DNA of 63,155 nucleotides, filler included, from an uncultured Synergistales bacterium (GTDB lineage: Bacteria; Synergistota; Synergistia; Synergistales; Aminobacteriaceae): NCBI GenBank assembly GCA_937897575.1. It is 5 parts of 5 records of this genome, joined end to end, with 100 filler letters (N's around TTAATTAATTAA, not from the genome) between each part and the next. Parts side by side here need not be neighbours in the genome. Positions count along the whole stretch, not along the records: positions 37,988 to 59,491 come from CALCQG010000036.1; 4 more parts are not named here. One strand, given 5' to 3'. A program made the translations under genes and the position numbers. The notes under the pieces were generated by a model, which saw only the letters and a list, made by a program, of their open reading frames with translations, made no database searches and was not told the origin of the DNA. Within the stretch, counting starts at the first letter, position 1; each line of letters opens with the position of its first letter. Below, one piece after another: positions 48,231-57,752 of this stretch.

Positions 48231-48941
48231 TCACCCTCCGAGGTACGCCCGACGCACCTCCGGATCCTGGGCAAGTGCAACGCCCGGCCCCTCCTTCAGG
48301 AAGCGCCCCACCTCGAGGATGTACCCCCTGTCGCTGATCTCCAGGGCCTGCGTCGCGTTCTGTTCAACGAGCAGGATGGTCATGCCCTCGGACCGGATGC
48401 GCAGGATGGTCTCCATGAGGGTATCCACCACGATGGGGGCCAAGCCCAGGGAGGGTTCGTCCAGAAGCAGGATCCTCGGGTCGCTCATGAGAGCCCGCGA
48501 GATGGCGAGCATCTGCTGCTCCCCGCCCGAAAGGGTCCCCGCCCGCTGTTTCAGCCGCTGCTTCAGGATGGGGAAAAGCTGGAAGCACCGCTCCAGGTCC
48601 GCCTCCATCCGTTCGTCCCTCGCCCGGCGGTAACCGCCCATGATGAGGTTCTCCTGCACCGTCAGGGCCGAGAAGAGCCGCCGTCGTTCGGGAACGAGGG
48701 CCACGCCCCTGTTCACGATATCGTGAGGCTTCGCGGGAAGGGGTTCGCCGAATATCTCGACGGTGCCCGACGAGCGCTCCGCCACTCCGGTAAGGGACCA
48801 CATGATCGTTGACTTCCCCGCGCCGTTGGACCCAACGATGGAGACCACCTCGCCCTGGTCCACGGAGAAGGTGACGCCCTGTATGGCGTGGATGGTGCCA
48901 TAGTGCACGTGGAGGTCCTCAACCCTGAGCGCTTGCGTCAT
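48231..48941 (-). CDS. livF: HAAT-family ABC ATPase LivF
   Basis: GSNGAGKS, LSGGEQQMLA, LDEPSLGLAP. Confidence 0.93.
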   Translation of the reverse strand: MTQALRVEDLHVHYGTIHAIQGVTFSVDQGEVVSIVGSNGAGKSTIMWSLTGVAERSSGTVEIFGEPLPAKPHDIVNRGVALVPERRRLFSALTVQENLIMGGYRRARDERMEADLERCFQLFPILKQRLKQRAGTLSGGEQQMLAISRALMSDPRILLLDEPSLGLAPIVVDTLMETILRIRSEGMTILLVEQNATQALEISDRGYILEVGRFLKEGPGVALAQDPEVRRAYLGG

Positions 48942-49722
48942 GGCTCTTTTTTCCTTTCCCGAGGTAGGCCGCTATCACATCCGGGTTCGACCGCACCTCG
49001 TCGGGCGTCCCGCAGGCGAGCAGCGCGCCGAAGTTCATCACCACGATGGGTTCGCAGATGTTCATCACCAGGTCCATGTGATGCTCGATGAGCAGAATCG
49101 TCACGTCGAACCGCTCCCGGATCTCCGCGATGAGCTCCGCCAGACGCTTCGTCTCCTCGGGGTTCATCCCCGCCGCCGGCTCGTCCAGAAGCAGGAGTTC
49201 GGGGCCCGTGGCCAGGGCCCGGACGATCTCCAGCTTCCGCTGGAGGCCGTAGGGCAGGGTGTTGGCCTGTTGGGAGGCGAAGGGCTCCAGCCCGAGGCTC
49301 GCCAGGAGCGAGCGGCCCCTGTCGGCCAGGTCCCGCTGCCTTCTTCGGGCACCGGGCGTCCGAAGGACCGAGCCGACGAAACTGTGCCGCTCCCGCTGGA
49401 GAAGGGGGGTCATGACGTTTTCGAGGCAGCTCTGCCGGTTGAAGAGGCGAATGTTCTGAAAGGTCCGGGCGATACCCTTCCGGACGATGGCGTCGGGGCG
49501 AAGCCCTCCGATGGGCTCTCCCATGAGGTGGATGGCCCCCGACGTCGGACGGTAGACCCCGGTGACGAGGTTGAACACCGTCGTCTTCCCCGCGCCGTTG
49601 GGCCCGATGATGCCCGTGATGGAGCCCTTCTCCACGGAGAAGCACAGGTCGTCCACGGCGCGGATGCCGCCAAAGTCCTTGGTCAGGCCGGTGACGGAGA
49701 AGAAGGTGTGCCCCGCGCTCAT
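48919..49722 (-). CDS. livG: HAAT-family ABC ATPase LivG
   Basis: GPNGAGKTT, RTFQNIRLF, LPYG, LDEPAAGMN, IEHHM. Confidence 0.93.
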   Translation of the reverse strand: MSAGHTFFSVTGLTKDFGGIRAVDDLCFSVEKGSITGIIGPNGAGKTTVFNLVTGVYRPTSGAIHLMGEPIGGLRPDAIVRKGIARTFQNIRLFNRQSCLENVMTPLLQRERHSFVGSVLRTPGARRRQRDLADRGRSLLASLGLEPFASQQANTLPYGLQRKLEIVRALATGPELLLLDEPAAGMNPEETKRLAELIAEIRERFDVTILLIEHHMDLVMNICEPIVVMNFGALLACGTPDEVRSNPDVIAAYLGKGKKSHDASAQG

Positions 49723-50579
49723 CGTTCCCGCCTCCCGTCATCCCGCCTCTTGCCGAAGAGGGACGTGATCTCGCGGTACCCCATGAGCCCCTGGGGCCGG
49801 TACACCATGATGAGCACCAGAAGCAGCCCGTAGGCCACCAATCTCCACATCTGAGCCACCCGAAGGGCCTCGGGCAGCGCGATGAAGGCGAAGGAGGCGA
49901 TGAGGGGCCCCGAAATGCTCCCCATGCCTCCGGCGATCACCGCCGCCAGCAGCTGGGTGGACTGGGTCAGCGTGAACATAACCGGCTGGATGAAGGAAAG
50001 GTAGTGGGCCATGAGCCCGCCGGACAGGCCGCAGAACACGGCACTCACCATGAGGGAGAGGAGCCTTGTCCGGAAGAGGCGCACACCGGCCATTTCGGCG
50101 GCGATGGGGTCCTCGCGGATTGCGATGCAGGCCGCCCCCCATCGGGAGCGGAGGAAGTTGCTCACCAGAACCACGCTCACCGCCAGGCAGAAGAGGACCG
50201 TGAAGGGCGTGGTGAAGCTGTCGATCCCCGGCAAACCCCTGGCTCCGTTGGTGATGGTCAGGTTTTCGAGCAGGACGCGGAGGGCCTCGCCAAATCCGAG
50301 AATTGCGATGGCGAAGTAGTCGCTCCTAAGCTTCGCCCGCAGCGTGGGAATCCCGATCACCAGGCTCACGGCGCCGGCCATGGCGGACCCGGCGACGAGG
50401 GCCAGGGCAAAGGGGACGTAGTAGTAGTACGTGAGGACGGCCGACGTATAGGCCCCCACGGCGATGAAGGCCGCATGGCCCAGGGAGAAGAGCCCCGTGA
50501 ACCCCGTGAAGACGGAGAGCCCCAGAACGGCGATCATGTTGATGCCGGCGAGGGTCGCCACAGAGAGGATGTAGTCCAT
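49719..50579 (-). CDS. livM: HAAT-family permease LivM
   Basis: GLFSLGHAAF, DYFAIA, AIRED, GGMGS, RPQG. Confidence 0.92.
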   Translation of the reverse strand: MDYILSVATLAGINMIAVLGLSVFTGFTGLFSLGHAAFIAVGAYTSAVLTYYYYVPFALALVAGSAMAGAVSLVIGIPTLRAKLRSDYFAIAILGFGEALRVLLENLTITNGARGLPGIDSFTTPFTVLFCLAVSVVLVSNFLRSRWGAACIAIREDPIAAEMAGVRLFRTRLLSLMVSAVFCGLSGGLMAHYLSFIQPVMFTLTQSTQLLAAVIAGGMGSISGPLIASFAFIALPEALRVAQMWRLVAYGLLLVLIMVYRPQGLMGYREITSLFGKRRDDGRRER

Positions 50580-50581
50580 GA

Positions 50582-51463
50582 TCACACCTTCTCCTCTGTG
50601 TCCTGGCCCATCAGGCCGTTCGGCCGGAGGACGAGGAATGCGATGAGCAGCGAAAAACTGAAGACGTCCCGAAGCACGCTCGACACGTAGGAGGAGACGA
50701 AGGTCTCCACCACGCCGAGGATGAGCCCGCCCGCCAGGGCCCCCGGCAGGCTGCCGAGCCCCCCGATGACGGCGGCGATGTAGGCCTTGTTCGTCACCCA
50801 CCCCATGGTCGGGTACACGAGGTACTTGATCCCGAGGAAGACGCCCGCCACACCGGCGAAGCCCCCGGCGAGGAGGAAGACGATGGCGATGAGGCGGTTC
50901 AGGTCCACGCCCATGAGGGAGCACATGGTCATGTCCGACACGCCGGCCCGGATGGCGATGCCCGTCCTCGTCGAGGAGATGAAGACGTGCAGCGCGAAGA
51001 TGGACACGAGGGCGAAGAGGAACGCCCCCATGTCGAGAAGGCTCACGCTGCTGCCCCAGAGCGTCAGCACCTGGCGCCCGAAGAACTCGGGGAAGGCGTA
51101 GAACCGCGACCCGATGGTGGCGTACACGAGATTTTCGAGGAAGACGGAGCACCCCATGGCGCTGATCATGAGGTAGAGGGACGGAGCCTTTCTCCGGCGG
51201 AGGACGGAGTAGGCCAGCCGCTCGTTGAGCACGGCGATGATCCCGGCGCCCGCCACGCTGCCCGCCAGGACGAGGCCGAACCCGAGGCTCAGCTTCGTGG
51301 CCAGGGCGAGGCCGACGTAGGCCCCGAGCATGATGACGGCCCCGTGGGCAAAGTTGCTGAAGTTGAGCACGCTGAAGACGAGGGAGTATCCCACCGCCAT
51401 GAGCGCGTAGATTCCTCCGATCGAGAGCCCCGTGATGAGCGTCTGCAAGAACACCGTCCACAC
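50582..51463 (-). CDS. livH: HAAT-family permease LivH
   Basis: YALMAVG, NFAHG, AAVIGGLGS, RPNGL. Confidence 0.93.
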   Translation of the reverse strand: MWTVFLQTLITGLSIGGIYALMAVGYSLVFSVLNFSNFAHGAVIMLGAYVGLALATKLSLGFGLVLAGSVAGAGIIAVLNERLAYSVLRRRKAPSLYLMISAMGCSVFLENLVYATIGSRFYAFPEFFGRQVLTLWGSSVSLLDMGAFLFALVSIFALHVFISSTRTGIAIRAGVSDMTMCSLMGVDLNRLIAIVFLLAGGFAGVAGVFLGIKYLVYPTMGWVTNKAYIAAVIGGLGSLPGALAGGLILGVVETFVSSYVSSVLRDVFSFSLLIAFLVLRPNGLMGQDTEEKV

Positions 51464-51538
51464 ACCTTCTTCTTCATGATGAGGGGAGGGGGCGAACCCC
51501 TCCCCCGCACAGCGTCGCCAATGGGAAGAACCGGACCG

Positions 51539-52693
51539 CTACTCCACCGACACGTACTTTTTCACGAACCGGAACGTCTTGCCCTCCACATCCACCTGCT
51601 GGATCACGGCCGGCTTGTCCAGGGGGTTGTGGTCCTCGGGGTTGATGGTGAGGGTGCCGCTGGTCACCTTGATGTCCTTCAGGTTCGCCAGGGCCTCGGC
51701 AACCTTGTCGCCGTCGGTGGTCCCCGCCTTCTTGACGGCCTCCACGATCATGAGGAGCGCGTCCTGGGCCATGACCGGGTTCGGGAGCACCGGGTCGGAG
51801 CCGTAGGCGGCCTTGTACTCCGCCACGAAGTCCTGAATGTCGGGGTCCGCCAGGTCCGTGAGGTTCACGAAGTAACCGCCGTTGATGGCGCTGCCGCCCA
51901 GATCGATGATGTCCGGGCTGCCCCAGTTATCGGTGCCGAGCAGGGTGGCCTTGATGCCCAGATCCCGGGCCTGCTTCGCCGCCATGGCGGCCTCCTTCTG
52001 GCTCGTCGGGATGAAGATGACGTCGGGGTTCAGCTCCTTCATCTTGCCGAGCTGGGCGCGGTAGTCCAGCTCCTCGGACCGGAAGGCCTCCTTGGCGACG
52101 ATCGACCCGCCCTTGGCCACGAAAGCGTCCTCGAAGTACTTGGAGAGCCACTGGCCGTAGTCCGACCCCACGTCGTAGAGGATGGCGCCCCTCTTCGCTC
52201 CCAGGTCCGTCATGGCGAATCTGGCCGCGACGGTCCCCTGGAAGGGGTCGATGAAGCACGGCCGGAAGGCGAAGGGGCGCACCTTCCCCGACCGCTGGTC
52301 GATGGTCACGTAGGGGTTGGTGGCCGTGGTCACCACCATGGGGACCTTGCCGCGCTCGAACACCGGCGCGGAGGCTATGGCGTTGCCGCTTTGGGCCGGG
52401 CCTATGACGGCGATCACACCGTCGGAGACGAGGCGCTTCGCCACATTCACCGTCTCGACGGCGTCGTTCCGGTTGTCATAGCGGACGAACTCGATGGGCC
52501 GGCCCAGAAGGCCGCCCTCGGCGTTGATCTTCTTCACGAGCATATCCAGCGCGTTCGCCTCGGACTGCCCCCACATCGAAGCGCCGCCCGTCAGGGAGAC
52601 CGTGTGGCCTATCCTGATGGGGTCGGCCGCATACCCAGCCCCCGCAAAAACCAGCAGAAACAGAACTCCCAGGACAATTCCCGTTCTTCTCAT
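51539..52693 (-). CDS. HAAT-family substrate-binding protein (LivK-like)
   Basis: Signal peptide, SLTGGA, INAEGGLLGR, FRPCFIDPFQG. Confidence 0.92.
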   Translation of the reverse strand: MRRTGIVLGVLFLLVFAGAGYAADPIRIGHTVSLTGGASMWGQSEANALDMLVKKINAEGGLLGRPIEFVRYDNRNDAVETVNVAKRLVSDGVIAVIGPAQSGNAIASAPVFERGKVPMVVTTATNPYVTIDQRSGKVRPFAFRPCFIDPFQGTVAARFAMTDLGAKRGAILYDVGSDYGQWLSKYFEDAFVAKGGSIVAKEAFRSEELDYRAQLGKMKELNPDVIFIPTSQKEAAMAAKQARDLGIKATLLGTDNWGSPDIIDLGGSAINGGYFVNLTDLADPDIQDFVAEYKAAYGSDPVLPNPVMAQDALLMIVEAVKKAGTTDGDKVAEALANLKDIKVTSGTLTINPEDHNPLDKPAVIQQVDVEGKTFRFVKKYVSVE

Positions 52694-52784
52694 AGTCTCT
52701 CTGCCTCCTGTCATAGTATGGTGCACACCGCTCCCCCGTTCCCTTCCCGGCGCCCCTCGTCACGACGCCACCTCCCGCACCCTC

Positions 52785-54089
52785 CTACTGCAGATGCCCG
52801 GGGATCCGTTCACCCCGAAGAAGGTCCTCGTAGCTCTGCCGCTCCGCTATCACGTCCGCTCGTCCTCCGCTCACCAGCACCACGGCCGGCCGCGGAATCT
52901 TGTTGTAGTTGCTCGCCATGGAGAAGGTATAGGCTCCCGTGCTGAACACGGCGATCAGGTCTCCCCGCTCCGGAGGCGGGGTGCGCAGTCCTTCCACGAG
53001 CACGTCCCCCGACTCGCAGCACTTCCCCACCACCGTGACGGTCTCCGTCGCCCCCTGGTCCATCCTGTTCGCCACCGCGGCCCGGTACTTCGCGCCGTAG
53101 AGCGACGGCCGGGGGTTGTCCGTCATCCCGCCGTCCACGCCGACGTAGGTCACCAGGTCGCCGACCCTTTTGACGGTCTGAACGCGGTAGAGCGTTATCC
53201 CCGCGTCGGAGACGATCCACCGGCCCGGCTCGATGGTGACCCTGGGACGAAGGAGCCCCGCCTCGCGGCACTTCGCCGTGAGGTGATCCATCATGGGGTC
53301 CGTGAAGGAGGCGATTTCGGGGTTCCTTCCCTCATCGAGCAGATCGACGCCGAACCCGCCCCCGAGGTTCACCTCGCCGGCCTGAAAACCCGTATCCCGG
53401 GCGAGCGCGGTGAGGAGATCCACGAGGATGTCCACGGCCATGACGTGGGCCGTGCTCTCGAATATCTGGGAGCCGATATGGAAGTGCATCCCTCTGAGGT
53501 CCAGAGACTCGGAGGCCATACAGAAGCCGACGGCGTCCCGCAGGTCGTCCCCTATGAGAGAAAACCCGAACTTCGACCCCGTGTGGCCTGTCCGGATATA
53601 CCTGTGCGTGTGGGCGTCCACACCCGGGGCAATTCGAAGCAGGATCGCCGCCCTCCGGCCCATGCCCCGGGCGAGTTCCGCGAGGGTCTCGAGCTCCGAT
53701 CGGCCGTCCACGACAATCCGCCCCACGCCCGCCTGAAGGGCATGGGTCAGCTCGTCCTTCGTCTTGGCGTTCCCGTGCAGGAATGTCCGGTCCAGAGGGA
53801 AACCGGCCTGTTGCGCCGTGAAGAGCTCCCCCCCCGATACGAGGTCGAGCCCCAGCCCCTCGGACTGGACGATCCGGCACATGGCCATGGTGAGAAAGGC
53901 CTTGCCCGCATAGGCGGCAAAGGCACCGTCGTGCCGGTTGATGAACGTCTCCCGCACGGACCGGCACCGCTTCCGGACGGCGTCCTCCGACAGAACGTAC
54001 AGCGGCGTGCCGAATCGCTCCGCCAGCTCCACCGTATCCCAGCCTCCGAAACGGAGGTGCCCCTCCCTGCCCTGTCCTTGTCCGTCCAT
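52785..54089 (-). CDS. lysA: Diaminopimelate decarboxylase
   Basis: FGTPLYV, YAGKA (PLP Lys), SKFG, HFHIGSQ, NLGGGFG, EPGR, CESGD, GAY, SNYN. Confidence 0.96.
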   Translation of the reverse strand: MDGQGQGREGHLRFGGWDTVELAERFGTPLYVLSEDAVRKRCRSVRETFINRHDGAFAAYAGKAFLTMAMCRIVQSEGLGLDLVSGGELFTAQQAGFPLDRTFLHGNAKTKDELTHALQAGVGRIVVDGRSELETLAELARGMGRRAAILLRIAPGVDAHTHRYIRTGHTGSKFGFSLIGDDLRDAVGFCMASESLDLRGMHFHIGSQIFESTAHVMAVDILVDLLTALARDTGFQAGEVNLGGGFGVDLLDEGRNPEIASFTDPMMDHLTAKCREAGLLRPRVTIEPGRWIVSDAGITLYRVQTVKRVGDLVTYVGVDGGMTDNPRPSLYGAKYRAAVANRMDQGATETVTVVGKCCESGDVLVEGLRTPPPERGDLIAVFSTGAYTFSMASNYNKIPRPAVVLVSGGRADVIAERQSYEDLLRGERIPGHLQ

Positions 54090-54107
54090 GACTCGCTCCC
54101 CGTCTCA

Positions 54108-54360
54108 CAAAAAAATAAAACGGCCCCTCCCCGAAGGGACGAGCCGTTGCTCGCGGTACCACCCTGCTTGGGTGCGCTGTCGCACACCCCACTCTCGGCC
54201 CTGTGACGGGGACCACCCGGGGACGTACTCCTGGTCTGACGACCATTTCGGCCCCGGCTCCGCAGCCTTTACGCCCTCATCTCCGCCGGGGGAATCTTCC
54301 AGCCCGCGAACTCCCCTCTCTGGCAGCGGATCGCGACGAGAACGCTCTGCTTCATCGCCC
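54108..54360 (-). promoter_or_regulatory. T-box riboswitch with lysine specifier upstream of lysA
   Basis: GCGATGAAG start, AGAGA and GGCTGGAA stem-I motifs, AAA/AAG at 54270-54267, canonical AAGCAGGGTGGTACCGCG, terminator ACGGCTCGTCCC..GGGGCCGT with a long U-tract. Confidence 0.9.
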
Positions 54361-54378
54361 TGATATAGTATCTTTGTC

Positions 54379-54407
54379 ATTATATCCACCGAATCACCCT
54401 TCGTCAA
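54379..54407 (-). promoter_or_regulatory. Sigma70 promoter of the T-box-lysA unit
   Basis: TTGACG-17nt-TATAAT on minus strand. Confidence 0.8.
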
Positions 54408-54424
54408 CGGGCGAACGGCATTTC

Positions 54425-55621
54425 TCACGGATCTTTTCCGAAGGCCTCGGCGAGGCGACGACACCCCTCCTTCGAATCCTCCGGAGAGACGGAGGCGAAG
54501 GAGAGCCTCAACCACTCCTTCCCCGCATGTTCGTCCACGAAGAAGATGGAGCCCGGTATGACGCCGACGCCGAACTCCCGGACGGCGCGGAAGGTGAAGG
54601 GCATGGCGTCGATCCCCTTTTTCCGCCCCCACAGAAAGAAACCGCCCTGCGGGATGGTGGAGCGAAAGCCCAGCGGGACGAGATGCTCGTCAACCGCCTG
54701 GACCAGCCCGTCCCGCCGCGCCCCGTAGGCTCTTCGCAACCTGGCCAGGTGCGAGGGGAAGAAGGGCGAGTCGAACAGGATGGCGAGCCCCCGCTGCAAA
54801 AAGGCCGGGAGCCCTATCTCCAGGGTGACCCGCAGCATGGACGCCCTGTCCGCCAGCTCGGGGGGCAGGACCATGAATCCGCACCGGATCCCCGGCGCCA
54901 CGATCTTGGAGAAGCTCCCCAGGTAGAGCACGCCCTCTCCGCCCGAGAGCGCCAGATAGGTCTCGGGCGGAGCGCCTTCGTACCGGAGGAAGTAGTAGGG
55001 CTCATCCTCCACGATGGGCACGCCGTACTTCGCCGCCAGCCCGAGCACGGCCCTCTTCTTCTCCGTCGAGGTCGTGTACCCCGTGGGGTTTTGGAAGGAG
55101 GGGATGGTATAGAAGAAGGCGAAGGGCCCCGACCGAAGGGCTCGCTCCAATGCCGCGATGTCCGGCCCGTCAGCCTCGATGGGAACGGGGACGAACTCCG
55201 CCCCCTCCCGTCCGAAGGTCAGCAGCGCTTCGGGGTAGGACGGATCCTCCACGAGAATCCGACTCCCCGGTTCGATGAAGAGCTGGGCCAACATGCTGAG
55301 CCCCTGTTGCGACCCCGTCGTGAGAAGGATCCGGGACGCCTCCGTCCTTGCCGGGGCGATCTCCTCGCGGATAAGCCACGATGCGATCCACCCCCTGAGC
55401 TTGTCGTCGCCCAGAGGGTGCGGGTAGGCCAGCCCCTCCGGAAAACCCCGCAGGGACTCCCCAAGGGCCGCGACCAGCTCGTCCGTCGGATAAAGATCGG
55501 CGGAGGGCTGGCCCGCCGTGAAGGAGACGACCCCTTTCCCCGCCGCAAGACGCATCATCTCGCTGATAACCGAGGGGACCAACCGTTTCGCCCGCCCGGT
55601 CAACCTGTGCTCCCACTCCAT
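54425..55621 (-). CDS. PLP-dependent class I aminotransferase (ARO8/LysN-like)
   Basis: TTGSQQG, VEDPSY, FQNPTG, EDEPY, GSFSKIVAPGIRCG, LRLSF. Confidence 0.9.
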   Translation of the reverse strand: MEWEHRLTGRAKRLVPSVISEMMRLAAGKGVVSFTAGQPSADLYPTDELVAALGESLRGFPEGLAYPHPLGDDKLRGWIASWLIREEIAPARTEASRILLTTGSQQGLSMLAQLFIEPGSRILVEDPSYPEALLTFGREGAEFVPVPIEADGPDIAALERALRSGPFAFFYTIPSFQNPTGYTTSTEKKRAVLGLAAKYGVPIVEDEPYYFLRYEGAPPETYLALSGGEGVLYLGSFSKIVAPGIRCGFMVLPPELADRASMLRVTLEIGLPAFLQRGLAILFDSPFFPSHLARLRRAYGARRDGLVQAVDEHLVPLGFRSTIPQGGFFLWGRKKGIDAMPFTFRAVREFGVGVIPGSIFFVDEHAGKEWLRLSFASVSPEDSKEGCRRLAEAFGKDP

Positions 55622-55667
55622 GCTCCATCACCCCGTTCGTCATGACAGCATTATACAGAAAAAACCC

Positions 55668-55696
55668 TTGACATGAAGGGGTCCGCCATGTATGCT
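55668..55696 (+). promoter_or_regulatory. Promoter of the SBP gene
   Basis: TTGACA-17nt-TATGCT. Confidence 0.7.
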
Positions 55697-55763
55697 GACG
55701 AATGCACGATTGGTTAAAGATATTTTAATACTAAACATTTGTTCCGTATAAGGAGGAGAAGGT

Positions 55764-56507
55764 ATGAAACGCTTCGCACTGGCACTTGTTGCACTGCTCG
55801 TTCTGGTGACCGCCGGCTGGGCCGACGTGATGACGAAGGACGTTCTGCTCGTCGGCACGGAGAGCACCTACCCACCCTACGAGTTCAGGGATGACAAGAA
55901 CAACCTGAAGGGGTTCGACGTTGACCTCATGGAGGCTATCGGCGCCGAGCTGGGGAAGAAGATCGAGTGGGTGGACATGCCCTTCGACAGCCTGATCCCC
56001 GCCCTGCTCGCCAAAAAGATCGATATCGTGGCCGCGGGTATGAGCTCCACGCCCGAGCGCGCCAAGAGGGTCGCCTTCTCGGAGAACTATGAGGTCTCCA
56101 TAAGCGCCTTCATCGTGGTGGAGGGGAACGACACCATGAAGGCCATGCCCGACATGAAGGGCAAGACGGTGGCCGTCCAGCTCGGGACGGTTCAGGAGAC
56201 CTACTCCCAGTCCATTGAGGGCGTGACGGTCAAGTCCTTCCAGAAGTTCGACGATTGCGTGCGCGAGGTCATGCTGGGACGGGCCGACGCGACGCTCATG
56301 GACGTCCCCGTGGCGAAGAGCTACGTGGCCCACAAGGACTTCGCCGGCAAGATCAAGATCGCCTTCGAGCAGGAGATCACCGGCGCCGGCAAGGCTCTGG
56401 CCATGAACCTCGACGAGGAGAACTTCGTGACGGCCGTGAACGGGGCGCTGAAGAAGCTCGAGGAGAGCGGCAAGATGGGCGAGATGAAGGCCCAGTGGTT
56501 CAAATAG
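55764..56507 (+). CDS. Polar/basic amino acid ABC substrate-binding protein (family 3), monocistronic
   Basis: Signal peptide, YPPYEF, GFDVDL, FDSLIPAL, TPERAK, VQLGT. Confidence 0.92.
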   Translation: MKRFALALVALLVLVTAGWADVMTKDVLLVGTESTYPPYEFRDDKNNLKGFDVDLMEAIGAELGKKIEWVDMPFDSLIPALLAKKIDIVAAGMSSTPERAKRVAFSENYEVSISAFIVVEGNDTMKAMPDMKGKTVAVQLGTVQETYSQSIEGVTVKSFQKFDDCVREVMLGRADATLMDVPVAKSYVAHKDFAGKIKIAFEQEITGAGKALAMNLDEENFVTAVNGALKKLEESGKMGEMKAQWFK

Positions 56508-56532
56508 CGCTCGTCTGAATGATTCGAATGTG

Positions 56533-56565
56533 AGGCGCTCCGGGAGTTCCCGGAGCGCCTTTTTC
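56533..56565 (+). terminator. Terminator after SBP gene
   Basis: AGGCGCTCCGGGA-GT-TCCCGGAGCGCCT-TTTT. Confidence 0.85.
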
Positions 56566-56967
56566 TGTTCGCCCTGATATCGGGCGCGCAGCCGCCTCTC
56601 GGACAGCCCGTCACGCCGCCCGGATCCGGTCACCCCTCCAGAAGCGCTGCCCTCTTAGGAACGGAGAAGGTCTGAAGCGCTCCGCCAGCTCCTCGCCGCG
56701 ACTCATGGCCTGCGCAAGGTCACCCGCCACATAGCTGAACGTCATTCCCGACGAGACGGGGATGACGTTCAGGATAACGATTTTTTTCTCGCTCCCCCGG
56801 AAGGGCGGTTCCTCCTCCCTATCCTCCGCCGTGGGGTTGCCCCTGACGCGCCCGACGTTCGGCCGGAGTGCCCGTGCTTCCTCCGGACGGGCGCCCTTCG
56901 GCCGGGGGCGAACCACACCGTCGGGGCGATCCCAGGGGATGACGCCCCGGCCGTACGGGCGGTCTTT

Positions 56968-57621
56968 TCAGTCGTGCTGCTCCTCCTTGTCGAAGGCTGT
57001 CGGCGCCGGGACGGCGTAGTAGGTCTTCGGACGTCCGGGGCGACCGCCGAGGCGTCCGTGCGTCCGGATGACCAATCCCCGTTCGGCGAGGTATTCGAGA
57101 TATCGGTGCGCCGTTACATAGGCCAGGCCGCAGGCCGACGCCACACTGTCGCAGTCCCTGGGCGACTGGAACTCCTTGAGGACGTCCAGGACCTTCCGCA
57201 AGGTATTCTTGCTGATCCCCTTCTTCCGCTCCTCCCAGTTCATCTGCTCCCGCTGGGAGGCGAGCCTCTGATGGAGGCGTATCCTGGCCGTGAAGTCCGC
57301 CTGCCGGACAGGCTTCGTTATGAAGTCATCGGCCCCGGCGAGGATCAGCTTGGCGGCCAGCTCCGGCGAGTCCTCCACCGTCAGGATGGCGATCACGAGG
57401 TTCCGCGAGATCTTTCGCGCCCTCCGGATCAGCTGCAGCCCGTTCATGACGGGCATGTTGTAGTCCATCAAAAGGATGTCCACCTCGTCCAGCCGAACCC
57501 ACTCCAAACACTCCTCCGGTTCGCTCGTGGTGCGCATGCGCCACCCCTCGACGGCGGCAAGCATCTCGAGGGTGCGGAGGATCGACCGGTCGTCGTCTAT
57601 GGCGCCGATGTGGAGCGTCAT
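56968..57621 (-). CDS. Response regulator with C-terminal HTH (CitB/DcuR-like)
   Basis: IDDD, LMDYNMP, ADDFITKP, TAHRYLEYL, GRP. Confidence 0.88.
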   Translation of the reverse strand: MTLHIGAIDDDRSILRTLEMLAAVEGWRMRTTSEPEECLEWVRLDEVDILLMDYNMPVMNGLQLIRRARKISRNLVIAILTVEDSPELAAKLILAGADDFITKPVRQADFTARIRLHQRLASQREQMNWEERKKGISKNTLRKVLDVLKEFQSPRDCDSVASACGLAYVTAHRYLEYLAERGLVIRTHGRLGGRPGRPKTYYAVPAPTAFDKEEQHD

Positions 57622-57752
57622 GGTCTTGTCATCACCTTTTCCGTCCATTCCGAAGGGCGGCGGTCCGCTCCCACGGAGCGCCGCCTTCTCTTTTTCGCTC
57701 CATCATTGTACCCCATCGAAGCCCTGAGCCGCGGCGCCCGAAACGAGCCCCG

